NCBI GenBank assembly: GCA_963729585.1
Contig: CAVSOJ010000017.1
Coordinates: forward strand, 4 to 64,003
DNA length: 64,000 bases
Reading direction: 5' to 3'
From: Nitrospirota bacterium
GTDB taxonomy: Bacteria > Nitrospirota > Nitrospiria > Nitrospirales > Nitrospiraceae
Part shown: piece by piece, positions 1 to 9,104 of the stretch
How positions within the stretch are numbered: position 1 is the stretch's first letter
Layout of the letters: every line of letters starts with the position of its first letter
The notes under the pieces: model-generated
What the model saw: the letters and a program-made list of their open reading frames with translations, nothing else
Database searches by the model: none
What the model was told of the DNA's origin: nothing
Position numbers and translations under genes: made by a program

Positions 1-200
1 ACGTCGCTCACGTCACACCTTCCCAGTCACCGGACCGCTCACACTGATTCAATGGCATAGTATTGCTTCCTCCGGATGGGGAACTTCCACATGAGAAGGT
101 TCAATTATCTTGACAGAGAAAGCATTTGCACTAGCCTGAGTAGTGCGCGGATCAACGGCTGGTCTGTCACCGAAGGAGGATTTATGTTTCAACGCACAGT

Positions 201-722
201 ATGATCCTGATCGCTTGTTCTTTATTGGTGTTACCGACTGTCGATGTAGGAGCGGCCGGGAACCCTGACAATGGTCCTGGATGTGGTCTGGGAAAGCTTG
301 CCTGGATGGATTATGGGACCCCAAAACAAATTGCACCCCAGGTTATGATGGCAACGACGAATGCCACCTTTGGCAGCCAAACATTCGGGATCTCCTCCGG
401 CACGTCAGGTTGTGCCAACGACGGCGTGATTATGAAAAACAAGCACATCAATATGGCGAGCCGCGCTTTTGAGAGTCTGGCAGAAGAAATGGCTCAGGGG
501 CAGGGCGAGCATCTCGCCTCCCTGGCAGCGTTACTCGGAGTTCCAGAGGAAGCCCAGCCGGAATTTTTCGCGCTGGTTCAAGAGAAATATACTATCTTAG
601 TCGGGTCCGACGACACGACTGCGGTGACGATGCTGCAGGCGCTTCAGGCGGCCATGGCCGAACGTCCTGCTCTCGCCAAGGTGTCCTTTGTCAACGAGGA
701 TTTGCAGAACGAGATCCGATAA
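201..722 (+). CDS. DUF3015-like secreted protein
   Basis: Signal-peptide-like N-terminus. GCGLGK and TTNATFGSQTFGISSGTSGC motifs as remembered for DUF3015. Family call is from motif memory only. Confidence 0.6.
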   Translation: MILIACSLLVLPTVDVGAAGNPDNGPGCGLGKLAWMDYGTPKQIAPQVMMATTNATFGSQTFGISSGTSGCANDGVIMKNKHINMASRAFESLAEEMAQGQGEHLASLAALLGVPEEAQPEFFALVQEKYTILVGSDDTTAVTMLQALQAAMAERPALAKVSFVNEDLQNEIR

Positions 723-840
723 CGAGGGGAAAATAACGGGACCCTTCCTCAGTGCATATTCTTTCGTCCTCTTTGGATATTCCCGTTAGGGATTTTGATC
801 CGTCTTCATGGCTGAGAATATGCCTGCATTCAATCCGATT

Positions 841-1601
841 TTAGACAGCCAACGCAATCCCTTGGATTTTAAACGAGAAAGCGGTTATCAACGATGGGTG
901 TAGAGGCTGCCCTCCACCAGACTTATTTAGCCCGGTCGCCAGCCGCATGAGTCCCGTATAATCCCCCGTCACTTCCGCCGTCAGATACCGCCCCTCGCCA
1001 TCCGCACACGGATGCAAGACGATCGCCTGCCCTAACAGCAGGCGCAGCTGCGCGCGGGCCAGATCCACGTGGCGCTGTGTCACATCGCGAGGTCGGTGAT
1101 CAGGGCCTTGAAGCGCCCGATCGCGTTCGGGAGCAGGGTAGGGATTAGCGCGACGGGCTTGGGTTCGATTCTGAGGAGCCGAGCGCGCCGCGTCTTGTCG
1201 CGCAGGTCGTCGAGGAAGACTTCATTCATGATGCCCTTGAAACTGGAGAGCATCTTATGCCCCTTCTGGGCGGTGTCGAATCCGTCAGAGAGGCCAATAA
1301 AGCGGACGCCCCAGTACACGAGCTGACGGCGCGTATGGATCAACTCCGCTTCATCGCGAGTCAATCGGTTCAGATCATCGACCAGTAGAATATCGAACAG
1401 GCGCGCCTCCGCGTCTTTCAACATGTGCTGATAGTCTGGACGGACGTGGATACTGCCCGAGATGGCTTTGTCCTGGTACCGATGGGTGATGGTCCAGCCT
1501 TCTTTCGTCGCGCGGGTTTCGCAATTCCTGAATTGAACCGTGACGCTACTGTCTTTTTGATTGTCGCTGGAAAACCGGGCGTACAACGCAACCCGTGCCA
1601 T
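841..1601 (-). pseudogene. large serine recombinase, internally deleted and frameshifted
   Basis: ORF 1080..1601 has the resolvase catalytic N-domain (VALYARFSSDNQ, LVDDLNRLTRD). It then runs directly into C-terminal-type sequence (PTLLPNAIGRFKALITDLA). The tail continues in another frame (ORF 841..1083: VDLARAQLRLLLGQAIVLHP..EVTGDYTGLMRLA). About 250 codons remain instead of ~500; the recombinase/zinc-ribbon core is missing. Confidence 0.7.
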
Positions 1602-1889
1602 GATTCAGTCCTCCTATGTGGCGCCCTGTGTGTTCATCAATCGATCGAGTTCCTTTCCTCTCAGGCAATGTCCTCCATTACCTTGAGGGTCAAATGGCGC
1701 CTCATCTCTTGTGCACCGTCGTGCCAATTCCCATCCCATGCGATAGCCACCCGCAGGACCGGAGTCGAAAATCTTTATGCGTTCTTTAGAGAATCAACAC
1801 CATCCCAACATAGAGACCTTATTTCACTCTGCAGTATCCTGACTGAAGGAATCACAGGTTCGTTGTGGCCGTTTACAAGGAGCGCGATC

Positions 1890-2177
1890 ATGAAGGGGGA
1901 TGACGTGGGGCATTCCCAGGAAACGGCTTCGCGGCCGGCAAGTATATTTTCAGCATCAGGCTTCAACAGACCTCACCCTGAGCGAACAGTGTTGGCCGTC
2001 TGTTGTGTCTGCGGGCTCATTCGAGACGAGAGCGAATCTTCCGCCGATCGCGAGCGGTGGGTGACGCCGGAGACGTACCGACAGACCCGTGGCGTCAATC
2101 CGGTCGATTACCCTCTCACTCACACCTACTGTCCGGGGTGTTACATTCAGCTCATGCGTAGGATCAGAGCAGTATAG
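1890..2177 (+). CDS. small Cys-motif protein (CxxC..IRD..W..Y..HxxCPxC)
   Basis: ATG at 1890 is preceded by AGGAG about 8 nt upstream. The C-terminus CCVCGLIRDE..W..Y..HTYCPGCY resembles the C-terminal module of the response regulator at 21781..22419. Confidence 0.45.
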   Translation: MKGDDVGHSQETASRPASIFSASGFNRPHPERTVLAVCCVCGLIRDESESSADRERWVTPETYRQTRGVNPVDYPLTHTYCPGCYIQLMRRIRAV

Positions 2178-2256
2178 CGGGGCTGTCGCCGGGTCAGTCT
2201 CAGAACCAAGGTCGCGATCAAGGTGCCCATGGCGTGCCATCGCTCATCCCTCCTTC

Positions 2257-2349
2257 TTATTCCACCAACTCCGCTACCGTCACCTTCAACGCCTTCGCCA
2301 GCCGCCGAACCGCGTCGAGCTTGGGGTTGTTCTCCACGACCTGCGCGAC
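2257..2349 (-). pseudogene. XRE-family HTH protein, C-terminal fragment
   Basis: Minus-strand reading VAQVVENNPKLDAVRRLAKALKVTVAELVE* is typical of the helix 3-5 region of Cro/C1-type HTH proteins. An in-frame stop lies immediately upstream and there is no N-terminus. Confidence 0.4.
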
Positions 2350-2409
2350 TCAGCCCTCCGTACCCTATTGGTTAGTCCGGTCCGCAGCGGAACACGAATC
2401 GTCGCCTAT

Positions 2410-2555
2410 ATAAGTCAGGTAGCCCCTGGACGAGACGCCGCTTGCCTTGCGGTTTGTCCGTTCCCCTCCTACAATGGGCCTCCCTGCGAGGCGCTCATGC
2501 CCTTCTTGATTCGTCCTTTTCGTCGCTTCCCTGTTTGTTGTGCTGTGACCTACCA
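2410..2555 (+). repeat. shared junction repeat, copy A (recombinase-tail remnant + PilZ promoter/5' end)
   Basis: Shares with 9366..9521 the blocks ATAAGTCAGGTA, TCCC(C)TCCTACAA, GCCTCCCTGCGAGGC and TCATGCC. It also shares the first ~20 PilZ codons (MPFLIRPFRRF vs MPFSIRPHRRF). Confidence 0.6.
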
Positions 2556-2797
2556 ATGCGGCCACTTTGAGGGCCACGGCACCGTGTGGAATCTCTCCGC
2601 AACGGGCTGGCGGTTCACTGGCAATCCGCCGTTACGGATGGGGGAAGTGTGTTCGGTCACGGTGAACCTGCCGTCTCAACAATGGGCCTACATAGCCGCT
2701 GGGATTGTCCAATGGGTGCGAGGCGAGGAGTTTAGGGGTTTAAACGCTCGTGATCGACGACGAGTCACGGGAAGACATGGAACAGTACCTCTGGTAG
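2497..2797 (+). pseudogene. PilZ domain protein, C-terminal region disrupted
   Basis: MPFLIRPFRRFPVCC..GTVWNLSATGWRF..VTVNLP..IVQWVRGEEF is PilZ-like. After 2733 an extra A (2734) shifts the frame. The restored frame reads GV*TLVIDDESREDMEQYLW* with TAA at 2741..2743. Confidence 0.6.
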
Positions 2798-2980
2798 CAA
2801 TTACAAGAATCCATTGAGAGCATCCCATGAATGACCCACGCCCCACACGCGATACCATGTCCGTCGAAGAAGCAACCATCTCCACACATGCGCTTGATAG
2901 ACCAAGAATGAAAGTATTTTATCTGTGTGCCTTGACCGACGCTGCGCGTTTGATAGGTTCCGCCGCGAGGAGGAGGGGCA

Positions 2981-3796
2981 ATGTCGGAATCCAAGGATAA
3001 GATTCAGTCGGCTATCGTCAAAGCTCGTGCGGAGTTGGAGGAGGCCCTGTTAGAGCTCGAGAAGCTACCGGCGTTTAGTCATAGTGCCGTCTTCTTTGCG
3101 GCACACGCACTCAACAACTTTCTCACCGTGACGGGGGGAACGATCGAACTGCTCTCGTTGTCACTGGCGGACCACCCCGACCCCCAAGTTCACATTTGGC
3201 TTGAGGCGTTGCAGCAGGCAACCAACTTGATGACACACACCGTCAGCCAATTGATGAATGCCTCGACGGTCCGGGACGCGAAGCTGCGGTGTGAAAAGGT
3301 AGATTTGCCGGTCATGGTGAAACGCTTCTGCATGTATTATGACCGCCTTGCGGCTCAGAAACAGATTCGGTGTCTCTCCGAGTCCACGGTCGATGTACCC
3401 TCGGTTTGGACGGATCGAGTGGTGACCGCCGCCGTGTTGGAGAATCTGTTCTCGAACGCGGTGAAGTACTCATCACCCGGAACACGTATCTGGGTCCAAG
3501 TATCCGCCGATCGGGACGGCGTGGTCTGTAGTGTTCGCGACGAAGGCCCGGGCCTTAGCGAAGAAGACCAAGCCAAACTGTTCCAGCCTGGGGTACGACT
3601 CACCCCGAAGCCCACGGGTGGAGAGCCTTCGACAGGGTACGGCTTGGTGGTGGCAAAGGAGTTAATCGAACGGTTGGGGGGCACGATTTGGTGTGAAAGC
3701 GTATTGGGAGAAGGGACCTGTTTCTCATTTCGACTGCCCCGGTACCAGGAAGAGGTCCATGGTTTGATGGAGCGGTTGCCGAGGCCAACTCCATAA
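2981..3796 (+). CDS. soluble sensor histidine kinase
   Basis: H-box region FFAAHALNNFL. HATPase_c N, G1 and G2 boxes (ENLFSNAVKYS, VRDEGPGL, TGYGLVVAKELIERLGG). Confidence 0.85.
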   Translation: MSESKDKIQSAIVKARAELEEALLELEKLPAFSHSAVFFAAHALNNFLTVTGGTIELLSLSLADHPDPQVHIWLEALQQATNLMTHTVSQLMNASTVRDAKLRCEKVDLPVMVKRFCMYYDRLAAQKQIRCLSESTVDVPSVWTDRVVTAAVLENLFSNAVKYSSPGTRIWVQVSADRDGVVCSVRDEGPGLSEEDQAKLFQPGVRLTPKPTGGEPSTGYGLVVAKELIERLGGTIWCESVLGEGTCFSFRLPRYQEEVHGLMERLPRPTP

Positions 3797-3976
3797 ATTC
3801 GCTTGGCCTCCCCTCACACGAGGCGTCCAAAAGAAAGCTGCCGTCCTTCGATGCCCGACGCAGACATAGACCGGGCCAACCTGAAACAACCTGCTTTGGG
3901 GTCAGGGATGAACAACTGTCTTATGAGAGCCACGGGGGAAATACAGGAGTCATTTTGCGGCGCGTGGCGGGCTAGC

Positions 3977-4146
3977 CTCATCGTCTCCATCCTCGACGAC
4001 GACACCATCGAAGTCCCGAAGTCCTGCACAACCAACACCCGGAATGCATCCGCCTCAGCGCGATCGACTGCCCTGAGAAAGGCCATGCGTTCGGCAAGCG
4101 AGCCAAGGACGCTGTGTCAGTGTTGGTATATGGTAAGGAAGTCATC
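3977..4146 (+). pseudogene. thermonuclease (SNase) N-terminal fragment, copy 1
   Basis: IVSILDDDTIEV, then after a frameshift VLHNQHPECIRLSAIDCPEKGHAFGKRAKDAVSVLVYGKEVI. This is the classic SNase DGDT..IRL.GID.PE pattern. The frame is broken by an 8-bp tandem duplication at 4009..4024. Confidence 0.6.
4009..4024 (+). repeat. perfect 8-bp tandem duplication CGAAGTCC x2
   Basis: Read directly: atCGAAGTCCCGAAGTCCtgcac. Removing one copy restores I-E-V-L-H-N-Q. Confidence 0.9.
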
Positions 4147-4205
4147 TTTGGCTGGTCCACCAAGGAAGCTGAGGCGCTGCCCTGTCCTTGCGCTGGGCCT
4201 AAAGT

Positions 4206-5120
4206 ATGGTTAGGTTTCCCGTCGAAGGCTCTCTTGCCCTAATGGACGTGGTTCCCTCGATAAAAGCTGTCCTCGATATTGCTGTTCCCGCCCTGACCTT
4301 TCTCCTTATGATTGCAGTCGGTCTTGATCTGACAACTCACGACTTCTTGGAGGTGGCTTCCTCACCTAAGCTTGTGACGGGAGCGATGCTCGGACAAGTG
4401 ATCCTCCTGCCTGCGGCAGCGATCCTACTAGTTCAGGTGCTTCCGCTCAAACCTCATATTGGGACAGGCCTCCTGCTGATTGCCGCCTGCCCTGCAGGTG
4501 GGCTGTCCAATTACTTCACCTTTCTCGCACGCGCAAGAACGGCGCTGTCCGTTTCCCTCACCGTTGGGTCGTGTTTGGCAGCCGTTGTGACCATGCCGGT
4601 GACCATGGAGGCCTATGAACTCGCTCTTGGGCAGGCGATAGGATTCAAGGTGCCAGCCTCGAAACTGATGATGGACCTTCTCGCGATGCTGGTCCTCCCA
4701 GTCCTTAGCGGGATGGCCCTGCGTCACTATCAGCCTGTGTTCGTGAAGCGGCACGAAGTCATATTTCGATATGTGAGCCTGATCGGACTCGCCGGGCTTA
4801 TCGGCTACGTACTGTCTCAAGAAGGCGGCCATGTCGCACAGGAAATCGGCGATACCGTTCTGGCAGGCAGTGCCTTCCTCGGCCTTTCCATGGCCGTGGG
4901 ATATAGCACCGGGGTCGCTTCGGGTGGTGATGTCAAAGACCGCTTTACGCTGCTCATCGAGTTCGCCGGGAGAAATGTCGCGATTGCCACCGCGATCACC
5001 GTGACCGTGCTTGGTCGCGTCGAATTTGCCGCCTTTGCCACGGCCTATTTCCTGATTGAGGTGCCAATTCTGTTTGCGGCGGTTATACTCTTTAAAAGGG
5101 ATCGCTCCTGGATTTTTTGA
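4206..5120 (+). CDS. bile acid:sodium symporter (BASS/SBF) family transporter
   Basis: Polytopic membrane protein with MIAVGLDLT and LLLIAACPAGGLSNYFTFLARA motifs typical of the SBF family. The start may be the internal Met at 4242. Confidence 0.85.
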   Translation: MVRFPVEGSLALMDVVPSIKAVLDIAVPALTFLLMIAVGLDLTTHDFLEVASSPKLVTGAMLGQVILLPAAAILLVQVLPLKPHIGTGLLLIAACPAGGLSNYFTFLARARTALSVSLTVGSCLAAVVTMPVTMEAYELALGQAIGFKVPASKLMMDLLAMLVLPVLSGMALRHYQPVFVKRHEVIFRYVSLIGLAGLIGYVLSQEGGHVAQEIGDTVLAGSAFLGLSMAVGYSTGVASGGDVKDRFTLLIEFAGRNVAIATAITVTVLGRVEFAAFATAYFLIEVPILFAAVILFKRDRSWIF

Positions 5121-5331
5121 CCCACCCTCCTTCAAGTGCGGCTGTGGCTAACCTGTGGCAGAACTATCGTGCCCTATCGGGTTTGATCGGTTCCTCCCGT
5201 GCCTCTCACTCTTCTGTAATTGATTGAGATTGAAACACTGAGAAGAGATCAGGCCCTATTGTCTCTGGGGCTTCGGGATTTTCAAATCTCACCCCGTCCG
5301 CCACACATTACCCAAAATAATTTCCTGCTTT

Positions 5332-5500
5332 GAGATGATCCTGTTGGGTGGCACATCAACGTCAATCACACGCTGGTCAAGAATGGCTGGTGCTGGTGGT
5401 ACAGGAAGTATGTACCAGAGAATGTGATTTTAGCGGAGTTGCAACGAAGAGCGCGAAGATCAGGGCCAGGGCTGTGGGCCAATCCGCATCCGGTGCTCGA
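5332..5500 (+). pseudogene. thermonuclease (SNase) C-terminal fragment, copy 1
   Basis: Reads EMILLGGT/INVNHTLVKNGWCWWYRKYVPENVILAELQRRARRSGPGLWANPHPV. This is the SNase C-terminal signature (GW..YR.Y....L...E..AR....GLW). There is at least one frameshift. Confidence 0.6.
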
Positions 5501-5893
5501 TCGGATCGGAACACCCGCCGCAACCTCGTGATCGAGGTGTTGGTGAGCCTCCTGCTCTGGCTTTTCGAGGCCCCAGCTCCTCGATTTGGCCGGGAGAGAG
5601 TTGCTCATGGCCGCTCGCGTCACCCGCACGTGCCCCCACCGCGTGAGCCACCCCAGGGAGAGGAAAAACAAGAGGCCGAGGCCCAGGACAAACGACCAGA
5701 ACGCTAGAAAGCGGTCCAGAAGGACGGTGGCCACACTGCTGTGTCCGAGCGTCCCCTGTACAAAGAGCTCAAGCCCAGCGCTGATGAGGAGCAACAGGCT
5801 GGCACTGGCAACACCCCATCCCATCCATTGAAACGTTCCGTACTCCCGAGTCTTGCCATCCATAGGATCACCTCTGGTTATGGGAGAGAACAT
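5366..5893 (-). CDS. hypothetical small membrane protein (doubtful)
   Basis: The N-terminal ~100 aa contain two hydrophobic segments. The C-terminal half is antisense to the SNase fragment, so the true extent is unclear. Confidence 0.25.
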   Translation of the reverse strand: MFSPITRGDPMDGKTREYGTFQWMGWGVASASLLLLISAGLELFVQGTLGHSSVATVLLDRFLAFWSFVLGLGLLFFLSLGWLTRWGHVRVTRAAMSNSLPAKSRSWGLEKPEQEAHQHLDHEVAAGVPIRSSTGCGLAHSPGPDLRALRCNSAKITFSGTYFLYHQHQPFLTSV

Positions 5894-6025
5894 GGCGTGG
5901 CGGTGGATATTTCACGAGGCGCACGTGTCCGACTCAGGTCACATTGTGGTGGCCCGGAATCACAGACACGTGGACAAAGCACCACGACAGATTCATTTAG
6001 CGCGTCCTTATGGACATCCACTTGG

Positions 6026-6796
6026 TCAATTTCCGCCGTGCAATGTCTGCGCCGTCGTCAGGTTCATACGCAAGGACTCGTTGTCCGGCTGTTGCAAAGC
6101 ACTCTGGAACGGGTACCGGGCGACGAAGGGTTGACTTCCGAAGAGGGAGTTGGAATCGCTTGTGGAGGGGAGCGTGGGGATAGCTTGACTCAGAGTGCGG
6201 TCATCGGGCAGACCGGGTTTCCTGATTTCTTGAATCGGTCCGATGACGAAGGCAGTCCTATCGTGCGCCGAGGTTCTCACCTCCGGCAGAGTCGTTCGTA
6301 TCGGGAGGACTTGTCTTTTCCCGTTGTAAGGGGGAGCGGAAACGTTCATGAACGGTCTGTGGGGATTGGCCGAGCTCTTGACAATGGATCTAGTCATGGC
6401 TTGCTTGAAGAGTGCATTGGTGCGAATGTCCTGGCTCAAACACGCACCAAATGAGCCGATGCTCTGTTTATCCATATAATAATAGCCGCGGGCAAACCGG
6501 CTGCTTTTCATGTACGATGCGACCTCGAGTGCCGGAGACGGTATAAGTTGCCCGTGGATATCCCGCATCACGGTCATGGTGAGTGACACGGTGCTAAAAG
6601 TGGTGCCCTTCCATGTCGTCATCCTTTGGATCGTGCCGGCTTCTGTCAGATCGGTACCCTGGCATTCTGATGCCGCAGCCAGATTTGCAGGGGCAACGGT
6701 CGCGACGAGGCTTATGGCGGCCAAGAGAGACGGAAGTCGGTGCGAGAGCCATCTGTTTTCCGACTGCGGTGCTTTTTGAGTGAAATAAGGTGTCAT
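6026..6796 (-). CDS. hypothetical secreted protein
   Basis: 256-aa ORF with signal-like LLAAISLVATVAPANLAAA. No recognisable family. Confidence 0.45.
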   Translation of the reverse strand: MTPYFTQKAPQSENRWLSHRLPSLLAAISLVATVAPANLAAASECQGTDLTEAGTIQRMTTWKGTTFSTVSLTMTVMRDIHGQLIPSPALEVASYMKSSRFARGYYYMDKQSIGSFGACLSQDIRTNALFKQAMTRSIVKSSANPHRPFMNVSAPPYNGKRQVLPIRTTLPEVRTSAHDRTAFVIGPIQEIRKPGLPDDRTLSQAIPTLPSTSDSNSLFGSQPFVARYPFQSALQQPDNESLRMNLTTAQTLHGGN

Positions 6797-7088
6797 AAGG
6801 CCTCCAGCGTCTCTTCAATTTCTTCGTCTGCTTATAGGCAGCGCATAGACTATTCCAGGCGATTGACCATTCTAGATTCACAAGGCAAGTCGTTGACAAC
6901 AAAGGGGTTATCGGTCAATAGCAGGGGATTATAGGTGTGATGTACGGTTTGTTGTGACGAGGGTGCTGTGCCAATATAGCGGCACGGTGCCGAAGGATCG
7001 GCGCGAGCCAACCGTGTACGATACATGGCGATGGTTCGGCCATATGGAGATGTTCGTCTGTTGAGGCTAATAAATGGAAGGATGGTAA

Positions 7089-8072
7089 ATGTTACAGCAA
7101 CCTGAGAGACGGGAAAGGATGCAGTCACAGTATTCTACGACCTCATTTTGGGTCATCATAGGGGTTGGAGCTATTCTCCTCCTTGTGGTTATCTTTACGG
7201 GGAACGTCCTTGTTATTGGAGGAAGATTAGGGCAAATCCATCAAGCCATTGAGCTGAGCTTCTACGGACTTGTTTTCATGTTTGGATATCTATTGCTCGT
7301 GCGACCGCTTATCCCGATTTTCTATACGCCCGTTTTCCCGGTCTCGCAATTCCTCGACGGGGAGCAACCAGTTGATCCCAAGACCTGCCGAACAGTCGCC
7401 AGGGTCATACTACGGCGGGGCGGGCTCAGCAGTGGAGAAACAAAGTCACTAGCCATGGCGTTGCGGCGGAGCGACGATCTCACGCCATTGCTTAGAAAGA
7501 TTTTCCAGAGCAAGCTTAAGGTAGTGGATGATCTGACGAAGGAACATGCAGAACTTGCTTTTCTCTCCACTGCGATTTCCCAAAATGGCAGTCTCGATGC
7601 TGTGATGTTAATCCATACAAATTTTAAATTGCTTAATGAGATCGTTAGCACCCTCTGTTACCGACCCTCACTGCCGCAGTTGATCAAAATGTACGCTCAA
7701 GTTTTTGTTGCATCTCTCGTGGCTGAACGCTTTGAAGATGTGGAACTGTCAGACTCATTTTCACAGATCGCCGCTTCCATTGGTGGAGGAGCAGCAGCTT
7801 GGATCCCCGGCACCCAGGTATTGGTAACGTCAGTGTTGCAAGGGATGGGAAGTGCATTTCTAACTCTCAGAACTGGAACCTTAGCAAAGAACTACATATT
7901 GGAGGGTGGTGAACACTTCGCCCCAAGAAAGTCGAGGAAATCAGCGAATCGAGAGGCTGCTAAAATGCTTCTTCCTGTCATGGCAACGGCAGTGATGAAA
8001 TTTCCTGCTTCGGTGCGAGGATTGCTGAAACCCCTAAGTTGGATTTTCAAGCAGCCCGTACCGCAGGCTTAG
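7089..8072 (+). CDS. DUF697/YcjF-like inner membrane protein
   Basis: N-terminal TM pair. The later pattern AFLSTAISQNGSLDAVMLIHTNFKLLNEIVSTL..QGMGSAFLTLRTGTLA parallels YcjF (AVSPLALVDM..NLRLINRI..QGIGAGLLTARLG). Lower GC than its surroundings. The start may be ATG 7119. Confidence 0.55.
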   Translation: MLQQPERRERMQSQYSTTSFWVIIGVGAILLLVVIFTGNVLVIGGRLGQIHQAIELSFYGLVFMFGYLLLVRPLIPIFYTPVFPVSQFLDGEQPVDPKTCRTVARVILRRGGLSSGETKSLAMALRRSDDLTPLLRKIFQSKLKVVDDLTKEHAELAFLSTAISQNGSLDAVMLIHTNFKLLNEIVSTLCYRPSLPQLIKMYAQVFVASLVAERFEDVELSDSFSQIAASIGGGAAAWIPGTQVLVTSVLQGMGSAFLTLRTGTLAKNYILEGGEHFAPRKSRKSANREAAKMLLPVMATAVMKFPASVRGLLKPLSWIFKQPVPQA

Positions 8073-8127
8073 CGAGACCAGTATTCTAGGACTCAGGAGA
8101 GATTTGTCCAATTTAGTTGGCCACCTG

Positions 8128-8259
8128 GTGAGTGCTAATGCTCTTCGGCTTGCTCTATTCTTTCCTATTGCCATCCTGTCATTCCCTATCACTCTTCATG
8201 CGGCTGGTTTCATGGGCCAAGTTCGTCTCCGTCTCGACGGCGACACCCTGATGCATTGA
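8128..8259 (+). pseudogene. thermonuclease (SNase) signal peptide + N-terminal fragment, copy 2
   Basis: GTG-started 43 codons: VSANALRLALFFPIAILSFPITLHAAGFMGQVRLRLDGDTLMH*. This is a signal peptide followed by the SNase DGDT motif, then a stop. Confidence 0.45.
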
Positions 8260-8280
8260 ATAGACAGGAGGGATTAACGG

Positions 8281-9096
8281 GTGACAGGCAGAACACAGTC
8301 ACGGCTTCAGCTGGCACTAGCTCTCGTCCTGCTGCTCATTCCGTCCTCCCTGCATGCCTGGGCACGGGAAGGGCATGAGATCGTGGCCATCCTCGCAGAA
8401 CAACGACTTCACCCTCACGTGCGAGACGCGGTGGTCGCGCTCTTGGACGACACCACGTTCATTGAGGCGGCCAGTTGGGCGGACAAGGTTCGGGACCAAC
8501 AGACCGCGCCGTGGCATTATGTGAACATTGAGATCACCGAGATCGAGTATGACGCCGCTCGCGTCTGCCCCCACGATCAATGTGTGATCGGGCAAATCGA
8601 ACGCTTTCGTCACGTGCTGGCGAATGCCGACGGAGACAGTCAGAAGCGTCAAGAAGCCCTCAAGTACCTTATCCACTTTGTAGGCGACCTGCACCAACCG
8701 CTTCATGCCGGCGAGAATAATGACCGTGGGGGAACTGATGTGCCGGTGGAATTCCTCGGCGAGACGATGGATCCGTACCGTCATCAGCAGTGGAATCTCC
8801 ATGCCGTGTGGGACAGTGGGATTCTAGAAGTGCGTGATCGTGATGCCCACCACTATGCGGCGCGACTCAACGCCTGGTTGAACTCGCAGACAGAAGGCGC
8901 GTTTCAGGACGGCTCGGTGGTGGACTGGGCCATGGAGTCACATGACATCGCGAGGGACCACGTGTACGTGCTGCCTCACGATCGCAACCTGGGGGAGAAG
9001 TATTACCGAGCCAATGTGCCCGTGGTCGATCAACAGCTCGCCAAAGCGGGAGTCCGACTCGCGAAACTCCTGAATGATGCGCTAGGGAAGAAGTAA
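8281..9096 (+). CDS. S1/P1 family nuclease
   Basis: Signal peptide then WAREGHEIVA, WADKVRD, APWHYVNI, HFVGDLHQPLH and NLHAVWDS. All are S1/P1 metal-ligand motifs. AGGAGGG lies 8 nt before the GTG start. Confidence 0.9.
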   Translation: MTGRTQSRLQLALALVLLLIPSSLHAWAREGHEIVAILAEQRLHPHVRDAVVALLDDTTFIEAASWADKVRDQQTAPWHYVNIEITEIEYDAARVCPHDQCVIGQIERFRHVLANADGDSQKRQEALKYLIHFVGDLHQPLHAGENNDRGGTDVPVEFLGETMDPYRHQQWNLHAVWDSGILEVRDRDAHHYAARLNAWLNSQTEGAFQDGSVVDWAMESHDIARDHVYVLPHDRNLGEKYYRANVPVVDQQLAKAGVRLAKLLNDALGKK

Positions 9097-9104
9097 GCCG
9101 GAGG

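Noticed and set aside
1956-2240. A 94-aa minus-strand ORF overlapping the small Cys-motif ORF.
   Set aside because: It has no RBS or motif. The plus-strand ORF has an AGGAG SD and a recognisable Cys module.
2738-2745. GTTTAAAC (a PmeI site) exactly at the PilZ lesion, which could hint at engineering.
   Set aside because: There are no vector-like flanks, no selection marker and no second rare site. A single 8-mer is expected by chance in 64 kb, especially on both strands.
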